From positions 33,043,648 to 33,107,647 of the forward strand of contig NC_092673.1 of NCBI RefSeq assembly GCF_964355755.1: a stretch of 64,000 nucleotides of DNA, read 5' to 3'. Numbering within the stretch: the stretch's first letter is position 1; each line of letters begins with the position of its first letter. Below are positions 51,101 to 62,538 of the stretch, one piece after another. Under the pieces are notes generated by a model, which did not search any database, was not told where the DNA came from, and saw only the letters and a program-made list of their open reading frames with translations. This DNA is from Antedon mediterranea. Lineage: Eukaryota; Animalia; Echinodermata. Position numbers and translations under genes: made by a program.

Positions 51101-54100
51101 TTGTTTTTATATGTTTAATTATACAAAAATTATATTTATACTGTAGTTTGTGACAGTCCTTTTATCCATGTTCTCTTACTGTATGCACACGCATACTGTA
51201 CCCCACCCCACCCCACCCCACCCCACCCCACCTCACCTCAATCAAGATTCTATATCCAATCTTCTCCTCTGACCCAAGCCTGTAGCCAGGGTGAGTTTGG
51301 TGGTTCAAAATGAACCCAGTTTTTCCTGAAGTGCCCTTTTAAAATTACAGATCAGCATTAAAGTTTTTATAAATGCTTATAGCCTACATTAGCTCATGTT
51401 GATGCAAAAGAACAAGTTGCCTTGTAAAAATCCTCGCTACGGGCTTGTGAGCAAACCCTTTTTTTTATGTTTATTGCGCACTATGTTACTCAACTAAAGC
51501 ACCACTCTACCACACAATACACGCACATAAACAGCATGATGTCTGTCACGCAATAACATTATAAAGAGCATGTACAATTTGTTATATTAAATGAATGTTA
51601 TTAATCGTTCACGATTAAAGTGAAAATGCATTTGGCAATTTTCGTTGCATTATCATTTTTTGAAGAGTCTATTAATGTCATTTTTTATCATGGTTGAAAA
51701 TAGAGTAATTGACATATTATATGGATAGTTCTCATATTAATTTCATTTTGACATGAAATGAAAGGGATAGCTACATAATAATAAATTATTATATTATTAC
51801 ATACAACATTTATTAATGTATACTATAGATTGTTTAATATTAACTGTGTACTGAAGATTTCATTTTAATATTTCTAATGGTTTATGATAGTACAGTATTT
51901 TAATATCCTTAAACCAGGTGTACAGTATGTACTGAAGTGATAGTATTTGGGAATAGGTTATACTGTAGGCATTCAAATTAAGAATTTAGTTTTTAATAAA
52001 AACTACAGTAACTGTATAATGAATAGGAAGAATGTTTGGTTTATTATTTAAATTTTGAGGAAATGTATTTTTCTTTTGTTGAGAACACCATGGTAATTGT
52101 ACTATATTCACAATAATAGCTTGTGTTAGTAAGTACTATCATAATGCACTGTTCTCATTGACTTTTGTGCCCAAAGCTTTCCATCTATGCAATGCATTGA
52201 AATGATTTATCAATACTACTGTATATACCTTTTCATAATACTGTTATGTATTTATATTACCAATGCTGTTTAATATTTTTTGTCTATAATTATTGTAATG
52301 TCACAATATCAGCATTACTCTACTCAAACACAATCCATATTATCTTGGGAAGACCGGTTCAGTTTGCATAATTTCATTAATATGCTGGTACCCTTAATTT
52401 CAACCAATAGTACTGTTTCATACAAATTTGATTTCATTTGGAAAATGGAATATTATGTTAACATACATTACTGTTAATGTAAATCTCATCTTTGTTTTGT
52501 TTGTTTCTTTATTTCCATTCACAACAAAATAAAACCATTAACATACATAAATATTCATTACAATGTTAAATATTCTGTGTGGGTTTTTTTTATACTAGTA
52601 CTAATTAATAGTAAACTGTTTTTTCTAATGTCAGAAACCAAATTAGTGATAAATTAGCTTGTGAACAAATAATTTCTATAAAGTCTCTCGCCAGTCAGGG
52701 TTTTTTATTTTTAAAATTTAATAATTTTTTTATGGCATTTTTTTATTAGTTTATTAAAGGTTTTTTTTTAAATTTGATCTTTATTATTATTTTTGTTTTG
52801 CATTGTGCGATTTTAATAATTCAACGTTATTCTCTGGATTGAATTTATTAGCCAAATGATGCGTGACATGAACATTTATTGATCAAAGTCCTTTGGTAAT
52901 TACTATAGTCCCATCCTAGAGGCAACAAACTAATAATCCAATCAAAATTATTTTGAAATTCAAGTAGAAGCAAGTGTAACCAGAGACTTTAGATCAGAAT
53001 GACTGTCACATCTCGGTGTTCAGTTATCTTTTAGAATATTTATTGTGTTTCCTATTAGACAGATCTCCAGCATTTTGGATTGTTATCACTGCCATAACAA
53101 GCAGTTTAAATTTAATAGAAAATGCCATATTTGATCCAATTGCACATTCATTACTACCGTAAAGGTTTTTAATCAAGTTAAATTTAGTGGGTTACATTAT
53201 ACAAACTCTTCAGAATGATTGATATGCTGGTAGGCAAATATTAATTTGTAACTCTAGGTTTAATTTATTTTATTTCAAACCCAACAAATACATTCCATAC
53301 AAATATAAACAATAAAAAGTATAAATAAATATCTATAGTTTATATGTAATTTTTTAATTATAATATATTATTTATTAATAAAGTTATTTACCTCCTTATT
53401 AAAAAAAATGGTACAGATATTAGATTAGAAAATATACACTGTTAAATTTAACCCGAAAAAGGACTTTGGGTTGACGATTTTTTTTTGCTTTTATTTCGAG
53501 TTTTTTCAGGTTAATAATTCCACCGATCCAATTATTATTAGACCATTAAATTGACATATTCAACAAATAATATGTAAAAAAATGGGGGTTTTTTTAGGGG
53601 GGCAATATTTTAATGTTTAAAAACTGCTATTAAATATATAACCCAAATTTGGGCATTAACATAATGTTATTAAAGGAAGGAAAATTACTGATAAACCCAT
53701 AAAAAAACTATAATAAAATCTTTCATTTTGTTATAACTTTATCTTATTTAATATGAAAGTGTGTTATAGAGTTATTTTGTATTTATCCAAATCTATTATT
53801 AACAATACATTTCATAATTTATAGATATGAGTGTACACTAAAAGCTTTCAAATGAATATTTAAGAGCGTGGTTCGCAATTGAGTGTTTCGGAATACTGTA
53901 CATTTCAACTGATATTAATGTTTTACTGAGGTTAATCCAACAAATAGAGACGTGATATTATTATCAGGAGTGGCTACAGAATATTAATGTTGCTACATCA
54001 TCATAGTGGTATTTTAATTAAAATTATTAAATTTGAAATATTAATTTTCATTATTAATGTTGAGTGTATGGCCTGTGTTGTATACTTTTGAAGCTCTGTC

Positions 54101-57100
54101 TACACTATCAAACTATATTTGACAAAAAAATGTGATGTGCCCATATACAATACAATATGGACATTATGATGTCATATATCACTACCATATTTGGACATTA
54201 ACATTTGGGCACATCACACTTTTTTGTCAAACTAGTTTGATAGTGTAGACAGAGCTTTAGATGTTACTGTATAGTATTCAATGAGTTCATGTACATAGTA
54301 TTTTAAAAGAAGTCAATCAGTTTTGTAAACATGACCTAAAGGTCGTTTATTTTGTTTGTATAACTTTCATAGTAGTCTGCAAGTAAATAAAGTATACCTC
54401 ACTATTTCACTTATTTTCTTGTTCAAATAAATTTAGTATTTAAATATGCCAGAATGCAAACATACAGAATAACCCATACAAAATAATTTACCAAAAGAGT
54501 ATTCATAGTTTGGGGCTCAATTCACCAAAACTAGAAATTTGCCAGTTGCAGGGCGTAAAAATAATGAAATGAAGCCCGGTTGAGCTTAATTTGATGTCCT
54601 ATCTTTTGCATTCAAAATTGCGAAATTTAGGAGGCCCCGGGCCTGCTTGGATCCGCCTCAGTTTTCTAGTAGTTTTTCTATAAACTGTTGAAAATGTCCA
54701 AACAATTTTAATGTTTGCTGATTTTTAATTTTTTTTTAAAATAAGTACATTCAATCTAGGTACTTTAGGCTTGATCTCTACTGATTTCTGACATTTTAAT
54801 TCTTGTAGTTCAAATAATTAATTTCATCATTGCTTGCTTGGGGTTAAGTTGGGGTGCTTGGTTTGCAAGTTGTACAGTATGTTAAAAAAAAAAAGGGTTG
54901 CTAGTGGATATTTTTAGCCCTGGTGGTTGGTCTTTATTATCATCAATATCTCTTCCAAATTACTTTGAATTCTCCAGAAAATTGCAAGATGGTTTTGTTT
55001 TTAAATGAGAAATCAAGATTCCTTTGCTATTTATTAAATTAAACTGATACAGCGTTTCTTAAACCATTCATGTTTTTAAATTAAACAGTTATTGTTTCCC
55101 CTATTGTCCATAAATATTTCATTTTTAAATTTGAAATGTTTTTTTTCCATAAATTTTTCAACATTTATTGAAAGGCTAATGACTTCCCTAGACTCTCGTA
55201 TAATTTAATAGGAAAAACATTTAATGTTATTAAAACGAGTTTTCATACTTTAGAATTAATATCTTGGGAATCCTGATGGATTTAACATGAAATGTACAAT
55301 GTCAAAGTGTTCACATTTGCTAGATGTGTTTCCATAACTACACAATGCAGTGTGTGATGCAAAACCATTACATTTTATATTTATGTGTTGATATTGTCTA
55401 TAACAACAGTTTATACCAAAGAATTATTTGGACTGTAGTTTGTAGAAAGAAAGAAATAATTATTGATTTTTTAAAATTTAGAAAAAAGGACAGCTACAGT
55501 ACAGTAATATTGATACTCTATTAGTTCTGTTTGCCATTTGGCTTCTCTTCATCACTTTTTGCCAAAGAGAATTTAGTAGTTTGTAGTATAATATTTGAGA
55601 ATATCCCAAGATTTTCTTTATTCGAAAGCATTTTAGTTGAGAAAAGACGATGATCCCTGTAAGAAGTGAATTGTCTGACTACAATCAAAATAATAAAAGC
55701 CAGAATGCTATGCTAAACTCACTTCATTAGAAGGTGGATTAGGTTGGATAAGGAAAGAATACTGATAAACTTATAAAAAGGTTATTGAACATTCAGTACA
55801 CAAAAGTGTTATTAGACAATAGTATGAATAGACAAATGTAAGACTAGACAATGATAGGAATAGACAAAAGCAGGAATAAACAAAAGTATGAATAGACAAA
55901 AGTATGAATAAACAATGGTGTACACGAACAGACAATCTGTATAGGTAAAAACTGGTTTTTAAAAAAATATTAAAAGAATTGTAATAATCATTTTACTTAA
56001 TGTTCAACCAGAACAACCATTAATATTTAACATTGCAAATAAAAAGTATGTCAAACCAGTTCAAAACATCGGACGGAAATTTATTTGTTTTTTTTTACCG
56101 TTATTTCAAGAACACACTGGTTATATTAATTATAACAAGTACACATACAGTACAGAAAACTTTAAAAGTCTATTATGACCAAAATAATGTTGAAATATTA
56201 TGCATATAATTTTGCAAATTGTATGCTGGTGAGTTGTGTAGACATGCTCATAAGCCTATGACTTACACTGCAAGGTTAACTATCTATAAAGTTGTAAACA
56301 AAGCAATAAATATATATTACATCTATAAACACATTAAACAGTTGTTACACTATGCTATTATAATAATTAGAGAAGGGTATACATTGCAATACACACTTTT
56401 TTGTTTCTTCTTTATCTGCTGAGACTACAGTATATGAATGAACATTTGCAGTTGGTTGAGACTGCTGTTTGTCTACCTCATAAATAGCTAGAGAGCTTTC
56501 GTTTTGCGATGACAAACTATGTCAAGTTAATTCATTGTGCGTATGTAAAGATATTGTCTTCTTGCTCCTCACCTCGAAAACAGTTTTGATGGTTTTTAGA
56601 CCAAGACGATGACTGACGACGCATTGCTTGACGTGACATAGCTTGATCGCCAAAAGTAAAAAACTCGGTAATTTAGAAAAGGATGTATTGTAGAAATACA
56701 GGGTGAGTGTGAAATAATAGAAGAAAGCAACATTTTAAGGGTGTGTGGGTAACAAATAAAACGGTACATTCAAATAATTTTTTAAGTGGCGTGTTGGGTG
56801 AATTTAAATTAAAAATTTTAAGGAAGGTAGAAGGGTGCGGGTTCCTGCCCACCTCGACCAGCTGTAGTGTAATTAAATTGCAAGATGGATGACATTTTCA
56901 AAACTATAAAAACATTGTACTGCAATTATCCAAGCTGCTGTTTTAATTTATAATTTCATAATAAATTATGGAAAAATTTTATGATCATTGGTTGAGCACT
57001 ATTTTCAGACTATTACAGTAAATTTGATTTCATGTTTTACGATTATATGAAAAATGGTTTTATCATTATGCAGATTGGTACTTATACCAAAAATATGGAC

Positions 57101-60100
57101 AATTATAACATTCATTTGGTGTGCACTGGTGTCCGATTATCACATTTTTCAGTCTTTGATATATACTCGTCTTTTAAATAGAATTGTATGGCTTTAAAAT
57201 TATTTGTCTTGTGTTGCTAGTTGCTTAGCAATGTGCATCAATGGGAAATGTATGGCTTTTTTTTTATCCTCTCATGACAAGATGAATTTGTATTTAATTT
57301 TCTGATGGTATTATGTAGGCTTTAAAATGGCCATCAAATATCAATCACGTAATATATTAAATCTATGTGTCCAATCTATTATTATTATTTAGGTTGATGT
57401 TTCTCAGAAAGACTATGTTATATGACCTTTATAAATTTAAATAAATTATTCAAAATTTTTTCCCCAATTTTATGCCTGCATCATTAGAATAAAATTGTGA
57501 TATTCATTATGCTATGTTTAAAATTCACATTATAAAAAAAGATATAATATTAATACTGTATTTTTTAATTTCATTTAGCTTTGTACAATGGCGTTAAACT
57601 TGGTGATGTTAGGTCGACAACAAATGGTTGCAGATCTAGGTTTGACACGATTTATTGTCCAGACGAGATTGCGAGGAGAGGCGTAAACGTAAGTATTCTT
57701 CAATATTGTTGTTGTTTGGAAAATCCCAATCTGTTTGGATATCGCAACACTAGTTTTTTAGTGCACATGAGCTATATGCTTAATACACTGGACTAATTTT
57801 TTTGTTACAATGGATTGCAGCACCTCCGCCTTAACCACTTGACATACTGCCCTCTATGGTTTGGCCACGCTTTTGTAAAATCTCCCGATATTTTATTTTG
57901 TCAGGACCTCTGTACTTGATGTATCAATGATATGTTAAGTACTGTGGCCGTGTTGAGCCTACATTTCCTCAATTTAAATTGAGGACAGTTAATAACATTA
58001 ACTTTCCTTTATGTTCTCATTATAAAAATAATAATTTATTTTACAGATTCCACAAAGAGATTACACAGCAGCTGTGTCATTGATGATTGATGACCCCAAA
58101 ATGAAATGCTACACACTCTGGTATAACCAACCATTCGGTTTACTAATGACTTTAGTCCTCTGCAGTCTTGTCATTGTCGGTATCATTGGTAACCTTAGCG
58201 GGTTTGGTGAGAGCAATGGACCGTTACATATTGGTGTGTCAACCGTCGTCGCTATCGTACTCTGTCTTGTCATAATTGGTTTATTAAGTCTGATTGCGCA
58301 TTACGAGAAAATTAAAGTGAGTGAATTTTAAAGACATCATTTCATTTCAATATTTAATAATATAATTGTTGATTTAGCATTGTATTCAGCGGGGTATTCA
58401 GAGTTTTGTTGTTTCAACGTGCATATAGTGAAAAGCTAAAAAAGCAGCTCAATCACAATATAGGCTTGCTACCTGATAAACTAGAGTATTTCTGTAAAAG
58501 TAAGCTGGTATTGTAACAGTTTACCTGTTTTACCCATATACACAATAACATAGTAATATGCCTCTAAAAATAAATGGGCACTGTGAAAATTACTATAGGC
58601 TATATGGACACCTTGAAGTTCAACAAAAACAATGCCATTCTGATTTCTCCCCTTGCCTCCGGCCTTCTCTCCCACCAACTCATTTATAGAGCTATAGCTA
58701 TATTTAGAGATATTTGTATTCAAACATCTTTGTTGTTGTTATCTTTATACTTAATCAGTAATTCAAATGTAATTATCATTTATTACCGAAGGGAATTTCA
58801 TTAAGCATTATGTATGTTTGATTAAGGTTAATTAATAATTAGATTTTATCATCAGAATGGCTTAATTATGCATATCAATACAACCACAATATAGATCTTG
58901 AATTGCGACACAGTAATTAATTACATATTACCTAATGACTTTCATGTCATACATTCATCATTTTTTAAATTATCATGTGTTCGTCGGCAACGACAAAGCT
59001 AAGCCTGTGAAATTATATATTGGTAACATCCTTTAGTTACCAATCCCAGAATTCCTTTTCTGTCACATGTCAAGATTTGTTCTCGTGCAGTAACTTTTAA
59101 AATTACTGTTTTGGGTTTAATCCCACCCCCTACTTTATTGATTATATTTTCAAAAACAGGCATATCCCTGGGTATAGTCCAAGTATTGACTTTTAGTCTG
59201 GATGGAAGCCTCTCTCTAGCCAGTTCAGATGACAGGCATATCCCTGGGTATAGTCCAAGTATTGACTTTTAGTCTGGATGGAAGCCTCTCTCTAGCCAGT
59301 TCAGATGACAGGCATGTCCCTGGGTATAGTCCAAGTATTGACTTTTAGTCTGGATGGAAGCCTCTCTCTAGCCAGTTCAGATGACAGGCATATCCCTGGG
59401 TATAGTCCAAGTATTGACTTTTAGTCTGGATGGAAGCCTCTCTCATAGCCAGTTCAGATGACAGGCATATCCCTGGGTATAGTCCAAGTATTGACTTTTA
59501 GTCTGGATGGAAGCCTCTCTCATAGCCAGTTCAGAATGACAGGCATGTCCCTGGGTATAGTCCAAGTATTGACTTTTAGTCTGGATGGAAGCCTCTCTCT
59601 AGCCAGTTCATATGACAGGCATGTCCCTGGGTATAGTCCAAGTATTGACTTTTAGTCTGGATGGAAGCCTCTCTCTAGCCAGTTCAGATGACAGGCATGT
59701 CCCTGGGTATAGTCCAAGTATTGACTTTTAGTCTGGATGGAAGCCTCTCTCTAGCCAGTTCATATGACAGGCATGTCCCTGGGTATAGTCCAAGTATTGA
59801 CTTTTAGTCTGGATGGAAGCCTCTCTCTAGCCAGTTCAGATGACAGGCATGTCCCTGGGTATAGTCCAAGTATTGACTTTTAGTCTGGATGGAAGCCTCT
59901 CTCTAGCCAGTTCAGATGAGTTTTTACAGGAAATGCAATACCAGGGTTTCCCGGGTATAGTCCCAGGGTTTCCCCGGGTATAGTCCCACCCCCTAAAGTT
60001 GATTATACCAGAGGATATACGGGTAATAAATACTGTACAGTACATTATTTTGATTTGATGAATCTCCCTCATTCTAACTACCACATAGTTAGTGGCCATT

Positions 60101-62538
60101 GTATTAAAATTTAATATTCCTATATTCCTAATCAGAGACACACTCGATACTAATTTATAATCTTAGGCACATATGAATCTACAATAGCTTTCAGTATATG
60201 CAGTGATGTAGCCACTGGAAATAAAGTGATCTGGTTTTCACAAAAAAAGGGAACATAATCTCTGTTCAAGCCACTAGGTTGTCAAAGCCCTCTGTGAAAA
60301 TGTGATCAGGTTGAAACCTTACCAACTATACTGGGGGCTATGGACCTGATATGACTGTAGAAATCAACCAGATTCGTAACTTGTAATGATACATTAAAAT
60401 ATTATTTTATAATAAATTGTTTTTAAATACTAGTTTGTTTATTTCTTATAGTTAACAACACAAATGGAAAAACCAATCGCAAAGGCTAATGGATATTTTA
60501 CAAAACACAATGTCTTGATTGCTATGTCAGACAATCTGATTGGTTGCTGGAACAGAGCTGTTGTATCCTTTATAACAATATAATTATAGCATCTTTATTT
60601 TGTGATACTACACTAAACTACCGAGTTATAAAGATTCGGGACACCCCTATTCCGGGGACACTTTCCTAAAAAATGAACGAAAAGAAATATGTAAAAATAA
60701 ATATAATATTTAAATATTAAATAATAGAAATATGAATTATTAAATAGTTTATCCATCTTGTAATTGGTGAGTTACTCGCAAAAAAAAAAACAAATAATAA
60801 ATAAATATGTTTATGTCGTATTGAAGATGTATTGTCCAAAAAGATGAAAAATGAAGATTAATTAAATCAGACTTTGAATAGGTTATTTTGTAGTTTTAAT
60901 AAAGTGAATCACTTCCGTCCCGTGGAAAAAAAACGGAAAAAAATAATGTTTCTACTTTTCGAAGTCAATAACTATTATGTGACATTAAAATGGCATATTC
61001 AACAAACAAAAAACAAACAAAAATTTTTCAGGGGACAATACATCTTTAAAGAGACACTTTGTTGGATGCTCTATTGTACCTAAATGAGCATTTTACACTT
61101 ATCAGGGATTTTCATGAGAGGGTGACCAGAAGTAGCACTATGTGTAACTTCCGTATCCCAATAATTAAAGGATGTGCTGGCAAAATATTTTATTTTAAAA
61201 TGGACCTGAAATGGAATTTCGATTTTCAAGAAATTCACACATGTTATTTAAATGTATCAAATTAACACAAACCCATACAAATAAAAACAAAATGTATAGT
61301 ATTTTGAGTAAAAACGAAATTTTAAGATACCATGGTAAATTAGCGAAAATTACTCACGCCATTGCAATATTCTATTTCAACGGCCGTCGGAAGCCTCTAT
61401 ATTCACGACGTCACATATACACACGATGATATCGAGAGCGTGTATGCCGCCCGATAGTCAGTGAATGATCGACGGCCTGGAAAGATACGCGAAGCGTTGA
61501 CACTAATACTAATTTATTCAATATCTAATGTTGTTGAAATATAGGTCCCTAAAATGTACTTCGTTTGTTCTAAAACCCGAATTTAGAAGGCCTACCTCCC
61601 AAACCTTTACTAGGCCTAGGCCCCCAATCCAGCACGCGGAGTCGATCCACCACCCACATCATGCGGCGAGGCTCCGTTTCATGTGCATCCAAGGACCAAA
61701 GCGATATCAACAACTTGCTGCGCTCATTGTCAAGCCAAAGTAAAATATGAATAAAATTCGTTTTCGAACTGCCTGATTCGTGACAAATAAATTATCATCT
61801 CATATTATTAATTTAATTCTGCTAAACTAAAAACTAAAGAAACTAACAAATTTTAGCAGTATAAATTATGAACGATATACAAAATACACGAACGGAAAAT
61901 ATGGATACGCATCATTGCGCACGGAGCTGTATCCCGGACAACGTTGCCAAGCCAACTTCGGTATTGCCAGAAAAAAATCGTTGATTTTAAGATTTTAAAT
62001 CGTCATTTACTCGATGAATAACCGTTTATACGGTAATAATTTTATCTAAAAAAATTCTAAATACGTTTCTGCAAATGCACAAGCATTTTTTAGAAAATAC
62101 TCCATATATTTCAAAAGTTATAGCCAAAAAACTGCAAATTGTCCATTGGAGGGATAGGAATATATTCGCAAAGTGACGTCACCCGCGAATTTTTTTGATT
62201 TTCAAATGGGGATTTCCCCAAAAGGGCCAATTTATATTTTGTAACAATATACATTCTAGCAACACCTAATAGCCCCCAAAACATCATTCTAAAATGAAAA
62301 AAATCGAAAATCCATTTCAGGTCCATTTTAACGCTATTAAAGCATGGAACAATCTTCCTCTTTATATTAAGAAATCGTTGCAAATATTTTAAATTTTGAG
62401 GTACTTGAGACCTTATTGGTTTTTTTTCCATAGTATATATTGAAATGATAAATTATTATTAAATTATGTTTTGATGTTTTCCTTCAATCTTCTTATCATT
62501 AGCTGCATTTTATATATTATAATCTTGATGACTGTAAG
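39137..62538 (+). CDS. TIR-domain + TMEM268/DUF4481-like two-TM protein (putative fusion); continues beyond the window
   Basis: Exons 39137-39311, 45069-45665 (TIR: HAFFCY..D.EW, IVIVLTPGFMQSIWCRHE, VIPVIL), 48831-48878, 57579-57688, 58047-58316 (two hydrophobic helices), 60452-60562 and 62503-62538 are all phase-compatible (449 codons). Linkage of the TIR exon to the TMEM268-like exons is inferred from splice phase only. Confidence 0.7.
41912..42559. repeat. 27-bp tandem array, 24 nearly identical copies
   Basis: Unit AGTTGAGTTTTTACACCTCATGTTGTG; the only variant is T>C at 42085, 42355 and 42490. Confidence 0.97.
42643..44821. mobile_element. Non-autonomous Tc1/mariner-like DNA transposon (~2.2 kb)
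   Basis: TA|CAGTGGGACAGCCAGT ... AGTGGCTTTCCCACTG|TA termini with TA TSD; internal direct repeat GTTGGGATGCA(G/C)CTCCGACTATTC at ~43027 and ~44457; no transposase ORF. Confidence 0.75.
45069..45665 (+). CDS. Exon encoding an acidic linker plus a complete TIR domain
   Basis: ORF 45104-45679: box1 SHAFFCY, EW...LE, AIVNAMSTAKKIVIVLTPGF, SIWCRHE, KVIPVILTEVDLPDFL; acceptor TTTTAG, donor CAAG|GTTTGT. Confidence 0.9.
45822..48646. mobile_element. Non-autonomous PIF/Harbinger-like element containing a nested insertion
   Basis: TTA|GGGTCTGTTTCTGCTGCAT ... ATGCAGCAGAAACAGGCCC|TTA (19-bp TIR, 1 mismatch, TTA TSD); subterminal TAACCGGTTA motifs; ~130-bp internal inverted repeats at ~46340-46470 and ~47950-48085. 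Confidence 0.85.
46618..47838 (+). mobile_element. Helentron-associated (HINE/DINE-1-like) non-autonomous element
   Basis: 5' palindromic subTIR GGTTATCCGCACTTGGCGGATAACC followed by a T-rich tract; 3' TGCGGATAACC, hairpin AACTCGTC-CGTAGT-GACGAGTT and terminal CTAGT. Confidence 0.7.
49093..49269. mobile_element. Tourist-like MITE family A copy with TAA TSD
   Basis: TAA|AGCTCTGTCTACACTAT...ATAGTGTAGCCACAGCT|TAA. Confidence 0.8.
49705..50080. repeat. Degenerate ~31-bp tandem repeats
   Basis: Recurrent GGGCCT(A/G)TTTCTGAACCATTGACCACTCTAT-like units. Confidence 0.65.
50188..50326. mobile_element. Tourist-like MITE family A copy
   Basis: AGCTCTGTCTACACT...AGTGTAGACAGAGCT perfect 15-bp TIR flanked by TTA/TAA. 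Confidence 0.85.
54092..54256. mobile_element. Tourist-like MITE family A copy
   Basis: AGCTCTGTCTACACTATCAAACTA...TAGTTTGATAGTGTAGACAGAGCT 24-bp perfect TIR. Confidence 0.9.
57579..62538 (+). CDS. TMEM268: TMEM268 (C9orf91/DUF4481)-like exons
   Basis: LYNG..L...FD....DEIARRGVNIPQRDY...DPKMKCY..YNQPFGL, TM-TM, AKANGYFTKHNVLIAMSD...GC...LHFIYYNLDDC is collinear with the human TMEM268 sequence as I recall it (LHNG..FD..EQLQTWGIQVPADQY..EPQVRRY..NSRPMRL..AAANGALLRHRVLLGVTD..GC..LWFVYFDLENC). Needs HMM confirmation. Confidence 0.8.
59156..59918. repeat. 76-bp tandem array, 10 copies
   Basis: Unit ACAGGCAT(A/G)TCCCTGGGTATAGTCCAAGTATTGACTTTTAGTCTGGATGGAAGCCTCTCTCTAGCCAGTTCAGATG with a few shared variants. 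Confidence 0.95.
61060..62420 (+). mobile_element. LINE RT C-terminal fragment split by a DNA transposon
   Basis: LYLNEHF...HERVTRSS..NFRIP...GKIFYF on the left continues in frame as NAIKAWNNLPLYIK on the right once 61199-62331 is removed. Confidence 0.7.
61199..62327. mobile_element. Kolobok-like non-autonomous DNA transposon
   Basis: TTAA|AATGGACCTGAAATGGAATTTCGATTTT ... AAAATCGAAAATCCATTTCAGGTCCATT|TTAA: ~28-bp TIR, TTAA TSD, RR..YY termini (not the CC..GG termini of piggyBac). Confidence 0.8.

Larger units (their letters stand above)
60563..62502 (+). other. U12-type (minor spliceosome) GT-AG intron
   Basis: 5' end GTATCCTTT matches the U12 consensus; branch-like TTTTCCTTCAAT at 62477-62488 just upstream of the AG; flanking exons join in frame to give GCWNRAV|LHFIYYNLDDCK. 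Confidence 0.8.

Noticed and set aside
53059-53165. Extra plus-strand exon after a CCTATTAG acceptor
   Set aside because: The phase-1 frame reaches a stop or a phase-incompatible donor and shows no TMEM268 similarity; at most an unsupported alternative terminal exon.
59156-59918. Possible CRISPR array or tandem tRNA genes (76-bp period)
   Set aside because: No unique spacers, no A/B boxes or cloverleaf; an ordinary minisatellite.
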